A stretch of 64,000 nt of DNA, from assembly GCF_028641065.1 (NCBI RefSeq), contig NC_073408.1:12152001-12216000 (forward strand). The letters run 5' to 3'. The translations under genes and the position numbers were made by a program. Position 1 is the stretch's first letter, and each line of letters begins with the position of its first letter. Origin of the DNA: Leucoraja erinacea (Eukaryota). The notes beneath the pieces are model-generated. The model was not told the DNA's origin. It worked only from the letters and a program-made list of their open reading frames with translations, and ran no database searches. This document shows, one piece after another, positions 63,193 through 64,000 of the stretch.

Positions 63193-64000
63193 TCTAAGGG
63201 TCTCGACTCGAAACCCATTCCTTCTCTCCAGGGATGCTGCCTGTCCTGCTCTTTGTACACATTAAGTTATTCCTGATATCCTGGTGTAAGGCCAGGCACA
63301 AATATCGTATCTTGATGTGAGATAACCCAAGGCCGCTCATTTATTATTTAGAACACCTACTTTCCTACAACTATCAGGTTCTTAAACCGACCTGCACAAC
63401 CCTAGCCCCACCTCAACAATGGGATATTACAGTCCACCTCTTGTCTTGTTGGACTTGTTTTTTGTAATAGTATTTGCACTGATGTCTCAGGGTTTGCACA
63501 ATAATCTTTCTTTTAGAAATCATGTATGTAGTTTATGTACATTATTTTGTGTGCTGTCTGAATCTGTGTCTGCAATGCTGCTGCAAGCACATTTTATTTG
63601 CACCTGTATATTACCATACTAGTGTATACAACAATAAACTCTACTTGACTTGAAATGCTTTATCCTAAAATGTTTTCAAGACTGAACCCTATTTTAAAAT
63701 TGTAATATTTTTGTTTGCAATAGTTTATCAAAAAATACCATTTCTGAACTTTAATTGATCATTATTTGATCAAACAACAAAGTTATAATGTAAAATGCTG
63801 TGAAGTTTGCTAGAAAGTGTACAGTGAGAGCATTTTATCTGAATACATTCTTTGACAGGGCAGCTTACACCTCAGAGCACTGTTGTTGATCATTGTCTTG
63901 TTCCCCTCTAAACAATTGAAGAGGGAGGAAAGTAATTAAAATTTGGCAGGTGTAGATTCACTACAGGAATACCATATTCAAGTCAGAATGACACCAACTC

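Overview
This is eukaryotic, repeat-rich vertebrate DNA. The HE1-type V-SINEs, HER1/CR1 LINEs, Rex1/Babar LINEs and Penelope-like elements point to a cartilaginous fish, probably a skate or ray (inference). The only host coding sequence I recognise is one 147-nt phase 1-1 exon (22447-22593, +) encoding the second half of Ig domain 1 of IGSF9B (turtle homolog B). I found no neighbouring exons, so the rest is probably two long introns. Nearly all ORFs in the supplied track are spurious or transposon-derived. The most interesting system is a Penelope-like retroelement family. Its GIY-YIG copies carry a minimal type I hammerhead-ribozyme motif, and a set of ~190-bp TSD-flanked fold-back derivatives have their hairpin centre inside that motif. 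Also present are non-autonomous Helitrons (one complete, one tandem pair), Harbinger-like and Tc1/mariner MITEs, a large modular foldback element ~500 bp upstream of the exon, a probable solo LTR with CTCF/E-box motifs, several nested insertions, and some unexplained dispersed repeats. There are two assembly gaps. Family names come from motif recognition, not database searches, and boundaries of decayed repeats are approximate.
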